Assembly (NCBI GenBank): GCA_944391315.1 | Contig: CALXTD010000006.1 | Location: 1 to 61,905, forward strand | Reading direction: 5' to 3' | DNA: 61,905 nucleotides | Source: an uncultured Alphaproteobacteria bacterium | Lineage (GTDB): Bacteria; Pseudomonadota; Alphaproteobacteria; RF32; CAG-239 | Part shown: piece by piece, positions 1 to 9,274 of the stretch | Layout: every line of letters begins with the position of its first letter | How positions within the stretch are numbered: position 1 is the stretch's first letter | Made by a program: the position numbers and the translations under genes | The notes under the pieces: generated by a model | What the model saw: only the letters and a program-made list of their open reading frames with translations | Databases searched by the model: none | What the model was told of the DNA's origin: nothing

Positions 1-725
1 CCCATACCCTTGGCGACTTCATTAATATCGGCTCCAGTCTTTTCGCAGAAATTAGCCATCTCATTAATATAATGAATCTTAATTGCCAAAAACGCATTAG
101 ACGCGTATTTAATGGTTTCTGATGAGCGACGTTTGACAAACAACATATTGGTTTTGCCTTCAAACGGCTTATATAGCTCCTTAATGACATTCTTAGCTTT
201 TTCGGTATTGGCGCCGACAACAATTCTGTCCGGATGGAAAAAGTCGTGTACGGCAAAGCCTTCACGCAAGAACTCCGGCAAAGACACTACATCAAAGTCA
301 GCAGTCGGATTTTTCTTTTGAATCAAACCTTCAACCACATCGCCGGTTCCGACAGGAACAGTGGACTTGGTGGCAACAACTGTGTAGCCGGTTAAATATT
401 CTGCCAACTCTGTTGCAGCTGCGTGAATATATTTCATATCGGCTTCTTTAGTGACCGGATGAGGCGGTGTGCCGACGGCGATAATCACCAAGTCAGCATC
501 TTTTACTCCTTCTTCCATTGAGGTTGTAAAGTGCAAGCGCCCTTCCCTAACGTTTTTATGGAACAAATCTTCTAAACCGTCTTCATACAAGGTAATCTTT
601 CCGGCTTTTAAGGCATTTATTTTGCTGGGTTCACGGTCTATACAAGTAACTTGGTTGCCTAATTCAGCCAAGCCTACACCTGTGGGTAATCCGACATATC
701 CGGTTCCAATAATTCCTACTTTCAT
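1..725 (-). CDS. ugd: UDP-glucose 6-dehydrogenase (3' end runs off window)
   Basis: Not in the ORF track; manual translation from ATG at 725 gives MKVGIIGTGYVGL...IIAVGTP...KSTVPVGT...PEFLREG...IKYASNAFLA, the hallmark UDPG-DH motifs. Confidence 0.93.
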   Translation of the reverse strand, partial: MKVGIIGTGYVGLPTGVGLAELGNQVTCIDREPSKINALKAGKITLYEDGLEDLFHKNVREGRLHFTTSMEEGVKDADLVIIAVGTPPHPVTKEADMKYIHAAATELAEYLTGYTVVATKSTVPVGTGDVVEGLIQKKNPTADFDVVSLPEFLREGFAVHDFFHPDRIVVGANTEKAKNVIKELYKPFEGKTNMLFVKRRSSETIKYASNAFLAIKIHYINEMANFCEKTGADINEVAKGM

Positions 726-729
726 AATA

Positions 730-1695
730 TTACTCCGCTTTCTTAAATAAATTGATTTGAGTTTTGAAATATTCTATGGTCTTGTCTAAGCCTTCATCCA
801 GCTTGATTTTAGGTTCCCAGCCAAGTTTGGTTTTGGCCAAGGTAATATCCGGACGCCTCTGAGTTGGGTCGTCTTTGGGTAAATCTTTGTACACAATCTT
901 TGAGCTGCCCCCTATTTTGGCCACAACCTTTTCCGCCAGCTCCTTAATGGTAAATTCTCCGGGATTGCCGGTATTAACCGGACCGGTAAAGCCAGCTTCG
1001 GAATTCATCATGCGTATCATCGCTTCAATCAAGTCATCAACATAGCAGAACGAACGCGTTTGAGAGCCATCTCCGTAAATGGTAATGTCTTGCCCGCTCA
1101 AAGCTTGGCAGATAAAATTGGAAACAACACGCCCATCATTTGGATCCATCTTTGGGCCATAGGTATTGAATATGCGGATAACCTTAATATCAACGCCTTC
1201 ATGGCGGTGGTAATCAAAGAACAAACTCTCGGCGCAGCGCTTACCTTCGTCATAACAAGCGCGAATCCCGATAGGATTAACATTGCCGCGATAGGTTTCT
1301 ACTTGTGGATGGACAAGTGGTTCTCCGTAAACTTCGGAAGTTGATGTTTGCAATATTCTGGCCTTATGCTTTTTAGCCAGTTCCAGCATATTGATTGCAC
1401 CAAACACACAAGTCTTAGTTGTCTTTATCGAATAGCTTCCCTGATAAGCCGGAGGAGATGCCGGACAAGCCATATTGTAAATCTGGTCTATTTTTTCATC
1501 ATTAACATTCAAAGGTTCACAAATATCGTGCTCAATAAAACGAAAATTCGTATGGTTCATAATTTCTGCTACATTTTGCAGGCGTCCAGTGTAGTTGTTA
1601 TCAACGCAGATAACGCGATTGCCTTCTTTAATAAGTCTAATGCATAAATTGGAGCCTAAAAAACCGGTTCCTCCCGTGACTAATATCGTTTTCAT
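730..1695 (-). CDS. uxs: UDP-glucuronate decarboxylase (UDP-xylose synthase) family SDR
   Basis: [53 protein letters not shown] motifs. Confidence 0.9.
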   Translation of the reverse strand: MKTILVTGGTGFLGSNLCIRLIKEGNRVICVDNNYTGRLQNVAEIMNHTNFRFIEHDICEPLNVNDEKIDQIYNMACPASPPAYQGSYSIKTTKTCVFGAINMLELAKKHKARILQTSTSEVYGEPLVHPQVETYRGNVNPIGIRACYDEGKRCAESLFFDYHRHEGVDIKVIRIFNTYGPKMDPNDGRVVSNFICQALSGQDITIYGDGSQTRSFCYVDDLIEAMIRMMNSEAGFTGPVNTGNPGEFTIKELAEKVVAKIGGSSKIVYKDLPKDDPTQRRPDITLAKTKLGWEPKIKLDEGLDKTIEYFKTQINLFKKAE

Positions 1696-1808
1696 TAAAA
1701 TATACCTCTTGAAATTAAATAATGTTTTATTTGATCAGAATATTTATGGCTGGGTGCAATTGTGCTTTTTACATTATAAACCGGCATAATCACCGAAACT
1801 TTAGGCAT
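1695..1808 (-). pseudogene. 37-codon remnant beginning like a GT2 glycosyltransferase
   Basis: ATG at 1808 reads MPKVSVIMPVYNVK (compare MPAVSVIIPVYNVEK at 29991), then an unrelated short tail. It overlaps the upstream stop codon and abuts the uxs start. Confidence 0.65.
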
Positions 1809-2391
1809 GGTAAGTGTCCTTTTCTTCCAGACCGTTTCGTTTGACAAAGCGGAAGACGGTATTACGAGTGACGTTGAAACGGCGGGCGATTTCGGCTTTG
1901 GTGACATTTTGTGCCAAAAGCTTGCGAATTTCTTCTTCCTTACCTCCCAAGCGTTTTTTGATGAGTGCCCCGAGTGGACGACCAAGCTTTACCCCTTCAT
2001 TTTTCCGTTTTTTCAGGACTTTTTTAACATTTTGCGAAATCAGGTTGCTGCGAACATCTATGGCAATATCTATCCCTTTGAAAAAATCATCGGTCAGATT
2101 GTTTTCATTAAAATGATAACCATCTTCGATTGAATAGATTTGTAATTTATGGTCACGGCAGAAAAGCAAATTTTCTTTAATCTGTGTCAGACCATCGCCT
2201 AACGCGCTGATATTAAATATAACTATACCTTCTGTTTCCGGCAGAATCATTTCTTTTATATTGGCAAAGGCGTAATCCGCGCAGATACAATCAAGCCTTA
2301 GCCCTTGCTCTTTGGCAAAAGACTGAACGGCCTGATACTGGCGTTTTTGCTCTGTTTTATCCTCGTTATTTTGTATATAACCTATGTACAT
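1801..2391 (-). CDS. Resolvase/invertase-like protein with C-terminal HTH; catalytic motifs degenerate
   Basis: Resolvase-like layout with G.KLGRP and AEIARRFNVTRNTVFRFV HTH. The YARVS and DRLxR motifs are replaced by YIQNN and SALGD. Confidence 0.75.
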   Translation of the reverse strand: MYIGYIQNNEDKTEQKRQYQAVQSFAKEQGLRLDCICADYAFANIKEMILPETEGIVIFNISALGDGLTQIKENLLFCRDHKLQIYSIEDGYHFNENNLTDDFFKGIDIAIDVRSNLISQNVKKVLKKRKNEGVKLGRPLGALIKKRLGGKEEEIRKLLAQNVTKAEIARRFNVTRNTVFRFVKRNGLEEKDTYHA

Positions 2392-2401
2392 ACCGAATCG
2401 C

Positions 2402-2431
2402 TATCTTCAAAAAGCTTCACTTTTGAAGATA
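2402..2431. promoter_or_regulatory. Perfect 11-bp inverted repeat just upstream of the resolvase-like gene (possible operator or hairpin)
   Basis: tatcttcaaaa-N8-ttttgaagata, 10 bp upstream of the start codon at 2391. Confidence 0.4.
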
Positions 2432-2643
2432 AAATTGCTATCTTATTGTAAAAACGATGAAAAATCTTTGCGTAACAAGGATTTGCATAAATAAAAAAAT
2501 ATATCTTGAAAATAGAAAAAATATATGTATGATACCTCTATTAATATAACAAATAAATGAACCTTTTTGAACGTCGTTTAGTTTTAGTAGGCTTTATTTT
2601 TAGTGTTTAATTTGTTCTTGTATATAGTTTCATTAAACTATTT

Positions 2644-2832
2644 ATGAGGACTATCAAATGATTTATAGATATTCCGCAGAGTCACTTTGTCGGCTCTGAT
2701 GATAAAGTTATTCCTCCGGTATTAGTTAATAAATTTGTGGAAGAAGCGTGGCCGGTAATTACGGTTGAAGGCGCTTGTCACAATTCCGGTTGGGAAAGCA
2801 TTTACCCAATCATTTGGAGCGAAAATCCTTAA
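2644..2832 (+). pseudogene. Remnant of an alpha/beta-hydrolase C-terminus
   Basis: One frame reads MRTIK*FIDIPQSHFVGSDDKVIPP...VEGACHNSGWESIYPIIWSENP*, with G..D.VIP and GA.H hydrolase-like tail motifs. Confidence 0.5.
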
Positions 2833-5651
2833 AATTCATATTGGTAACCAATCGTGATTTCATAAGGCATGGTTATTTTGCTGCCTAGATGTGTTGAAAC
2901 CTCAAAGAAGGCTGTGTTTTGTTCATTCCAAACACCTTTTACACCGGCACCTAATTTATAGTGCGTGGCTGACATGTCTTCTTTCATCAGATAATCTGCG
3001 ACTTGAACTTTGCTCTCGGACTTCCAGTCATGGATTAAACTGAACTTACCAAAAACTTCTGCCTCGGCTGTTTCACTAAAGCTATATTTTTTACCACCGG
3101 TTACTCCAATACTACCTTTGAGATTGTCTTGATCAGAACCTGTTATCAGGGTATTGAAGTTTGTGCGATAGCTAACACCCTTGATCCACATATATTCCAA
3201 GCCGACATGAGGCTCAATATACCAATCTTTATCTAGTTCAAAACGGCGCCCACCGATAACTGATGCATGCCAACCATGTGTATCATACTTTCCGTTAACA
3301 ATGGCGCCTGCCGGCGTATAGCTGTTTATTTTTTGATCATGAATAAAATAAGCCCCCATGGCGTCTAAAAACCACTGATTTTCGGTTGTTAAGCTTGAAT
3401 ACAGACCAAAGCTTTTGGTATAGCCTTCTGACTTTCCGGCTTGACTAAACTCCTGTCTGGACTTGCTATAGCTGGTGAAGCCTCCCAATCTAACTTGGTA
3501 ATCACTTTCTTCCATTATTTCATAGTCTACGCCAATATTGCCACCGTATACATCTGTTTGGCTATCTGTTCCATCATTAAAGTCTTGGTTTATGCGACGG
3601 CTGATGCCTTTTACCCAAAGACCGCCTTCATGTTTGCCTTTTCCATGTTTTTCAAACATTCGGCTATAAACAGGGCTTAAATGCGCGTAAAATAAAGACG
3701 ATAATGAGCTAAACGTATTTTTTGCAACATAGGTTGTCTCGTTAATTTTATCGGTGTTTTCCAGATACCAATCATTGCCTTCTTGAACCAATTTATACTG
3801 ATAAGCTCCGACATCTACTGCCCCTCCTATCAGATAAAAGTTTTCATGAGCGGATTTTTCATCAATAATTTTATATTTATTTGGAGCTGTGTCCATGCTA
3901 TAATCATTAACAATCAGACCAAATTCACCATCTCCGTTTTGGATATTTATTTGATCTGCCTCATTTGATGATATATTTGTATTCATACTGAATATTCCGG
4001 TCCCGTTAAGGTTTTCAATATTCAGTGTGTGATAACTGTCTCCTTTGGCCATATTTACCAGGGTTTTATCCAATGTCAGATTTGGAATTTCGTTATCTCC
4101 TACAATATTTATAATACTGTCTGCAGCTGTTGTCGTTCCGGTTAACCTTCCGCCGCTTTGCAAATTTAATATTGCTTTATCCAATGTCGCGGCGTCTGCA
4201 GTTCCTCCTGATAGAATATTTAATACTCCTCCTCTGTTTACTTTTGTATTTTGAGCCAATCCGTAAACATTTTGACGTCCGCTGTTAATCTGAGTTCCGC
4301 TGGCCGTTCCATAAACATTTTCAACACCGGCATTTAGAATCGTGTTTTGTGACTCGCCGCCTGTTTCTACAGTTAAAGTACCGCCTGACACTGTGGTATT
4401 TTTAGCAGTTCCATAAACATTTTGTGCGCCACTGGTTAAGCTTGTATCTGTTGTAAGGCCATAGACATTTTGAGTTCCACCTTTAATCTGGGTACCACTG
4501 GCCGTGCCATAAACATTTTCAACACCTGCATTTAGAATCGTGTTTTGTGTCTCGCCGCCTGTTTCTACCGTTAAAGTGCCGCCCGACACTGTGGCACTGA
4601 TTGCTTTTCCGTTATCTTTGACGATTAAACTTCCGCCAGCATTAACCGTTGCTTCGTGAGCCTCACCAATTGCGGTTAAGGTTCCGCCATCATAAATATT
4701 TGAACGATAAGCATAGCCTCCGGTATTTGCTATTTGATTGCCGCCGCTATAAATTTTGGCATTATAACCATAGCCACCACTCATAATTTGTTGAACACCG
4801 GTGCCTTGTATGGTGGTTTCATCAGCTTGGCCATCGCTTTCGATATATTGAGTTCCTCCGTTTATAGTACTATTTAAGTCGTAGCCATAGACATCTTCAA
4901 TACCGCCATTGAGGGTTGTGTCTGACACAAACGCTCCACTGTTAACCAGCATTGTTCCATTTGTGATGGTGGTATTTTCAGCATAACCGGTACTATACAC
5001 TGTCATTTTTCCGGTTCCTTTAATTTCTGCATCTATCGAATCGCCATAAACAGACTGCAGACCGCCACTAATAATACTTCCTGTTACTTTGCCTCTGACC
5101 GCTATGTTTTGTTCGCCTCCATTTATCTGGGTTCCGTTTGCTACTCCATAGCGATTAATTTGTTGGACACCGCCGTTTATTATACTGTTATTATCGGTTC
5201 CGCTTACACTTTCAGTTCCTGAATTTAGAATCGTTCCAGAAGCTGTTCCGCCGCTTAATACTGACAACTTTCCACCGTCTATTGTTGTATTGTTGGCTAC
5301 ACCATTACGGTTAACATTTGAGCTACCGCCTGTTTGTATTGTCGTTGAATTTGCGGTGCCGCTTATTGTTTGTATGGCATTGGCTTGAATATTGCTGCCA
5401 TTTGATGTTCCGCCGCTTGATATATTTTGCTGACCACCGGCGTAGACATTACTGTCATTGGTAATGCCTCCACTCATTACTTGTTGATTTCCATACACGG
5501 AGAAGCTATTTGCCGTTCCATAAACCTGCTGAGTTTGAACAGGATTAACAAGCCCGCCTGTTTGGGTTGTTCCGGCATCTACGACCGTTGTTACAGCCAT
5601 CGCAGGCAGAGGAATTAAACTTACGGCAAGAGAGAATCCAAGTTTTTTCAT
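2829..5651 (-). CDS. AIDA-I-like autotransporter adhesin (beta-helix repeats, pertactin-like junction, C-terminal beta-barrel)
   Basis: Signal peptide MKKLGFSLAVSLIPLPAMA, many GG.Q.V..GG.A..T.I repeats, barrel domain ending YQYEF. Confidence 0.9.
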   Translation of the reverse strand: MKKLGFSLAVSLIPLPAMAVTTVVDAGTTQTGGLVNPVQTQQVYGTANSFSVYGNQQVMSGGITNDSNVYAGGQQNISSGGTSNGSNIQANAIQTISGTANSTTIQTGGSSNVNRNGVANNTTIDGGKLSVLSGGTASGTILNSGTESVSGTDNNSIINGGVQQINRYGVANGTQINGGEQNIAVRGKVTGSIISGGLQSVYGDSIDAEIKGTGKMTVYSTGYAENTTITNGTMLVNSGAFVSDTTLNGGIEDVYGYDLNSTINGGTQYIESDGQADETTIQGTGVQQIMSGGYGYNAKIYSGGNQIANTGGYAYRSNIYDGGTLTAIGEAHEATVNAGGSLIVKDNGKAISATVSGGTLTVETGGETQNTILNAGVENVYGTASGTQIKGGTQNVYGLTTDTSLTSGAQNVYGTAKNTTVSGGTLTVETGGESQNTILNAGVENVYGTASGTQINSGRQNVYGLAQNTKVNRGGVLNILSGGTADAATLDKAILNLQSGGRLTGTTTAADSIINIVGDNEIPNLTLDKTLVNMAKGDSYHTLNIENLNGTGIFSMNTNISSNEADQINIQNGDGEFGLIVNDYSMDTAPNKYKIIDEKSAHENFYLIGGAVDVGAYQYKLVQEGNDWYLENTDKINETTYVAKNTFSSLSSLFYAHLSPVYSRMFEKHGKGKHEGGLWVKGISRRINQDFNDGTDSQTDVYGGNIGVDYEIMEESDYQVRLGGFTSYSKSRQEFSQAGKSEGYTKSFGLYSSLTTENQWFLDAMGAYFIHDQKINSYTPAGAIVNGKYDTHGWHASVIGGRRFELDKDWYIEPHVGLEYMWIKGVSYRTNFNTLITGSDQDNLKGSIGVTGGKKYSFSETAEAEVFGKFSLIHDWKSESKVQVADYLMKEDMSATHYKLGAGVKGVWNEQNTAFFEVSTHLGSKITMPYEITIGYQYEF
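4285..4594. repeat. Internal ~110-bp duplication in the autotransporter passenger (4285-4396 and 4483-4594)
   Basis: TVSGGTLTVETGGE[TS]QNTILNAGVENVYGTASGTQI occurs twice, offset by 198 bp. Confidence 0.85.
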
Positions 5652-5795
5652 ATTTTTTCTCCATGATTGCATTTCTTTTTATTTAATTCTGTTTTTTTAC
5701 TTTACACCTCTTTTCTTAATTTATTTTTACTTGAATTTATATTTTTTGGTGATAGTCTGTATTTTGTTTGTAACTATCCGGAGCTTTGGGGCATT

Positions 5796-7031
5796 ATGCC
5801 AGATATTTTGTTTTTTGATAAAGAAGTTCAAAAACCTTTTTATGACTTTCTTCAATCTGACAGCGGAAATCTTGATGTTAACCAAAGAAAAATTAAGCAG
5901 GCTTTTATTTTACCTCTGAAAAAATGTTCTGACGATAAAGATAATCATTTTTTTAGAGGTGGTGTAACCGATAAAGATGGTAATTTTGTTGAAGAATCTG
6001 CTCATCGAAAAGAAACAATCAGCGGAGAAATTGTCGGAGCATATGATTTTTCGACCAAAGATGTTCCCTTGATTCATAAAAATGTTATTTATGGTGGAAT
6101 TTTAAACAATCATTTCGGGCATTTTTTAGTAGAAAACACCGGTCGTTTGTGGTGTTGGCTGGAGCATAAGGAAGAAGATCTTGATATTGTTTTTTTGAAT
6201 ACCAAAAAAAAGATTATTCCACAGTTTTGGACATTTATGAGTCTGCTGGGCATTCCTAAAAATAAAATTATTATTCTAGATCAGATTTCACAATTTGATT
6301 CCGTTTTGGTTCCTTCTCAGGCTCATATTCTTGATGTGTCTTATAATCCGAAGTTTATTACTCCTTTTCAATACATTAGCTCTTTGCTACCGGAAGCTCC
6401 TAAGAAAAAAATTTATTTGTCTCGCACTAAGCTAAAGCATGTTACCTCTTGCTTGGGCGAAAAACAGATTGAAAAGCTATTTGCTGATAATGGTTTTTCG
6501 ATTGTCTATCCTGAAAAACTGCCCTTGCACAAACAAATTGAAATTATTAAAAATGCCAGCGTGATTGCCGGTGTTAACGGGACGGCACTTCATATGGCCT
6601 TATTTGCGACTCCTGAAACAAAAATTATTGTTCTGGAAAGAAGTGACCATTTTGTTCCTGAACAAATGATTATTAACAAAGCTCTTCATGCTGATTTTTA
6701 TCACATCGGCGTTAATTTGAATCCTTTTCCCGTTGAGCATAGTATCGGGCCTACCCTTTTGGGAATTACTCAAAATTTGGTTGATTTTTGCTCAGCTCAC
6801 AACATGCATTATGACCCCCAAAAAGTAAATTTTGTAAAAAATTCTGATGCAAAAAAATTTGTAAAAGAGTTTTTGCGCAATTACTCCCTGCCGGACAATA
6901 ATAAAAAACTAGCGCCGCTTGCTCCGGTTTTGGCCAGAAGACTTTCTTTCATGGCTCAGGCTTTTGCTCCCTTAAAAAAGGTTATTAAGCTAAAGGTTAA
7001 GCATTTGATAAAGAAAGCTAAATCCTTTTAA
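5796..7031 (+). CDS. Glycosyltransferase family 61 (DUF563-like) protein
   Basis: HFGHFLVE, KIYLSR, PEKL...QI, GVNGTALHMALF motifs. The start at ATG 5796 is inferred. Confidence 0.75.
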   Translation: MPDILFFDKEVQKPFYDFLQSDSGNLDVNQRKIKQAFILPLKKCSDDKDNHFFRGGVTDKDGNFVEESAHRKETISGEIVGAYDFSTKDVPLIHKNVIYGGILNNHFGHFLVENTGRLWCWLEHKEEDLDIVFLNTKKKIIPQFWTFMSLLGIPKNKIIILDQISQFDSVLVPSQAHILDVSYNPKFITPFQYISSLLPEAPKKKIYLSRTKLKHVTSCLGEKQIEKLFADNGFSIVYPEKLPLHKQIEIIKNASVIAGVNGTALHMALFATPETKIIVLERSDHFVPEQMIINKALHADFYHIGVNLNPFPVEHSIGPTLLGITQNLVDFCSAHNMHYDPQKVNFVKNSDAKKFVKEFLRNYSLPDNNKKLAPLAPVLARRLSFMAQAFAPLKKVIKLKVKHLIKKAKSF

Positions 7032-7118
7032 AAACTTATGCAAAGGTTTGTTTTTTGGACTTGAAATTTCCTTGCGCTGATTTATACTGTCTTCGTTGTT
7101 ATTTCAAGGAAATGTTAT

Positions 7119-9221
7119 ATGTCTGATTCTGAACCTTTAGGAGCTCATTATACCCCGCGTCTTTCTACTTTTTCTGTTGCATCGGAAAATGCAAAAGCTA
7201 TTGATTTATGCCTCTTTTCTTCTGACGAAAAAACAGAAAAACGTATCCCTCTTACAAAGGAAGGAATCTATTGGAAAACTGATGTTCCCAATCTCAAGCC
7301 CGGACAAAAATATGGTTTCCGCGCTTATGGAGATTATGATCCCTCTCAAGGATTGTTCTTTAACCCTAAAAAGCTTGCTATTGATCCTTATGCTTTGGAA
7401 GTTTCTTCCACTTTCAGGAACTGGCAATCAGAAGCTCTTAGTGTTGAGAACGATATAGACACGGCTCCTATTGTGCCAAAGTCTGTTCTTGTTAACGAAG
7501 ATGAGCTATTTGATTTTGAAAAACTATCCGATATTTATAATCGTCCCAAATTTGGAATTGGCAAAAATATTATTTATGAAACGCATATCAAAAATTTTTC
7601 GCAGCTTAATCAGCATTTGCCCCCGAAAGACCGCGGACGACTTTCTGCCTTGGCTGATGACTGGACTATTCATTATCTTCAAAAAATCGGGATTAATAAT
7701 GTTGAGCTAATGCCGATTGCGCCGACCTGTCCGGGGCGCCAAATTCCGGAGAGAGAAGGAAGATGTGATAGCTGGGGTTATAATCCCTATTGCTATTTTG
7801 CCGTTGATCCTAGATATGGAAATCTTAAAGATTTGCTTTTTGTTATTGATAAACTTCATAAAAATGGGATAAAGGTTACGGTTGATTCTGTCTTAAATCA
7901 CTCCGGAGAGCATGCTGCCAGAGGCTATTGGAACAGGGCTTTATCATTTAAATTATTAGACAGTCCGAGCTATTATCTTGATGTTTATGGAAACAAAGCA
8001 GACTATATGAATTCAACAGGTTGTCACAATACACTTAATATTGACTCAAGGCTCGGGCACAGGCTTTTGCATGATTATATCAACCATATGCACAAGCTCG
8101 GAATTGATGGTATTCGCTGGGATTTGGCCGGAGATAATGCCCTCGATAACTATGGCAATTTTCAAGACAACGGCGCTTTTATCCAAGAACTTAAGCACGC
8201 CGTTAATGATCTGAAGATGGAAATGTATGTTGAGCCATGGAGCGCTTTGGGCGGAAACTATAGCGGAAGGTTTAGTCATCTTGTTCCCGGTGTTAAAGAA
8301 TGGAGCGATAAAAGACGTGACTTTACGGCTAACTTTTTCAGTGCCAGAGAAAACGTGGCCGGTGAGTTTGGGGTTCAGGCTTCCGGATCTTCAATTATTG
8401 ATCCGGTTAAAAACGAATCTGCCATGGTTGGAACGGCCTTTACTCATGACGGATTTAGTCTGGTTGGAGCTTTTAAATATCACAAAGACACGACAGACAA
8501 CGGCGAACATGGACGAGATGGCAGTCCGGATGCTTATGCAAAATCTTATAATGACGAAGAACTTTACCGCAGAGCAGCCAGCGCTGCCGCAATGAATATT
8601 CTCAGCAAAGGAATCCCTCTTATTCGAAATGGAGATGAGCTTAGTTATGCCAGCCCAAACAATAATCCTTATTGTATTGATGATCATTCCGTATGGCTTA
8701 ACTGGAATAATCTTGATGACCGACAGAAAAAGCTTTTTACACAAATATGCCGACTTAATGCACTGCGCCGTAAGCATCCTGTTTTTACTGACTTGACTCT
8801 ATACAACGGCAAAGAAATGTCCGAAAACGGAAAAAAAGACATTACTTGGTTACGCCCTGACGGACAAGAGATGACCGTTGCTGAATGGACACTCCCTTAT
8901 CATAAAACCGGAGCTTATATGATTAATGGGGCGGCAACATCTTCGCGTCAGGCTGATGATGATTTTCTGATTATGGCATCCGGTGATAATTATCACACTG
9001 TTGATTATACGCTTCCTACGCCACCTTCCGGCGGGAAATGGCAGCTTTTGCTTGATACTTCAGAAGGAAAATTTGCAGATACGGCGCGCTTGCTAGAGCC
9101 TAATAGTCATTATGCCCTAAAACCTTATTCATTTGTTGTGCTTACTCGCAAAAAGTCTATGACGCGCGTTAATCAAAAAGTTTTGGCGGCTTTTGTTGAA
9201 GCAAGAAAAAAACGACGCTAA
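7119..9221 (+). CDS. glgX: Glycogen debranching enzyme / isoamylase (GH13)
   Basis: NPKKLAIDPYA, IIYETH, WGYNP, DGIRWDLA, VEPW and THDGF catalytic motifs. Confidence 0.88.
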   Translation: MSDSEPLGAHYTPRLSTFSVASENAKAIDLCLFSSDEKTEKRIPLTKEGIYWKTDVPNLKPGQKYGFRAYGDYDPSQGLFFNPKKLAIDPYALEVSSTFRNWQSEALSVENDIDTAPIVPKSVLVNEDELFDFEKLSDIYNRPKFGIGKNIIYETHIKNFSQLNQHLPPKDRGRLSALADDWTIHYLQKIGINNVELMPIAPTCPGRQIPEREGRCDSWGYNPYCYFAVDPRYGNLKDLLFVIDKLHKNGIKVTVDSVLNHSGEHAARGYWNRALSFKLLDSPSYYLDVYGNKADYMNSTGCHNTLNIDSRLGHRLLHDYINHMHKLGIDGIRWDLAGDNALDNYGNFQDNGAFIQELKHAVNDLKMEMYVEPWSALGGNYSGRFSHLVPGVKEWSDKRRDFTANFFSARENVAGEFGVQASGSSIIDPVKNESAMVGTAFTHDGFSLVGAFKYHKDTTDNGEHGRDGSPDAYAKSYNDEELYRRAASAAAMNILSKGIPLIRNGDELSYASPNNNPYCIDDHSVWLNWNNLDDRQKKLFTQICRLNALRRKHPVFTDLTLYNGKEMSENGKKDITWLRPDGQEMTVAEWTLPYHKTGAYMINGAATSSRQADDDFLIMASGDNYHTVDYTLPTPPSGGKWQLLLDTSEGKFADTARLLEPNSHYALKPYSFVVLTRKKSMTRVNQKVLAAFVEARKKRR

Positions 9222-9274
9222 AATGTATATATAAGAAACAATAATATTAGTATCATCCTAATCTAATTATTTTT

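Noticed and set aside
2392-2640. Invertible promoter driven by the resolvase-like gene
   Set aside because: The only clear inverted repeat has an 8-bp spacer, too short to flank a promoter, and the protein lacks catalytic residues.
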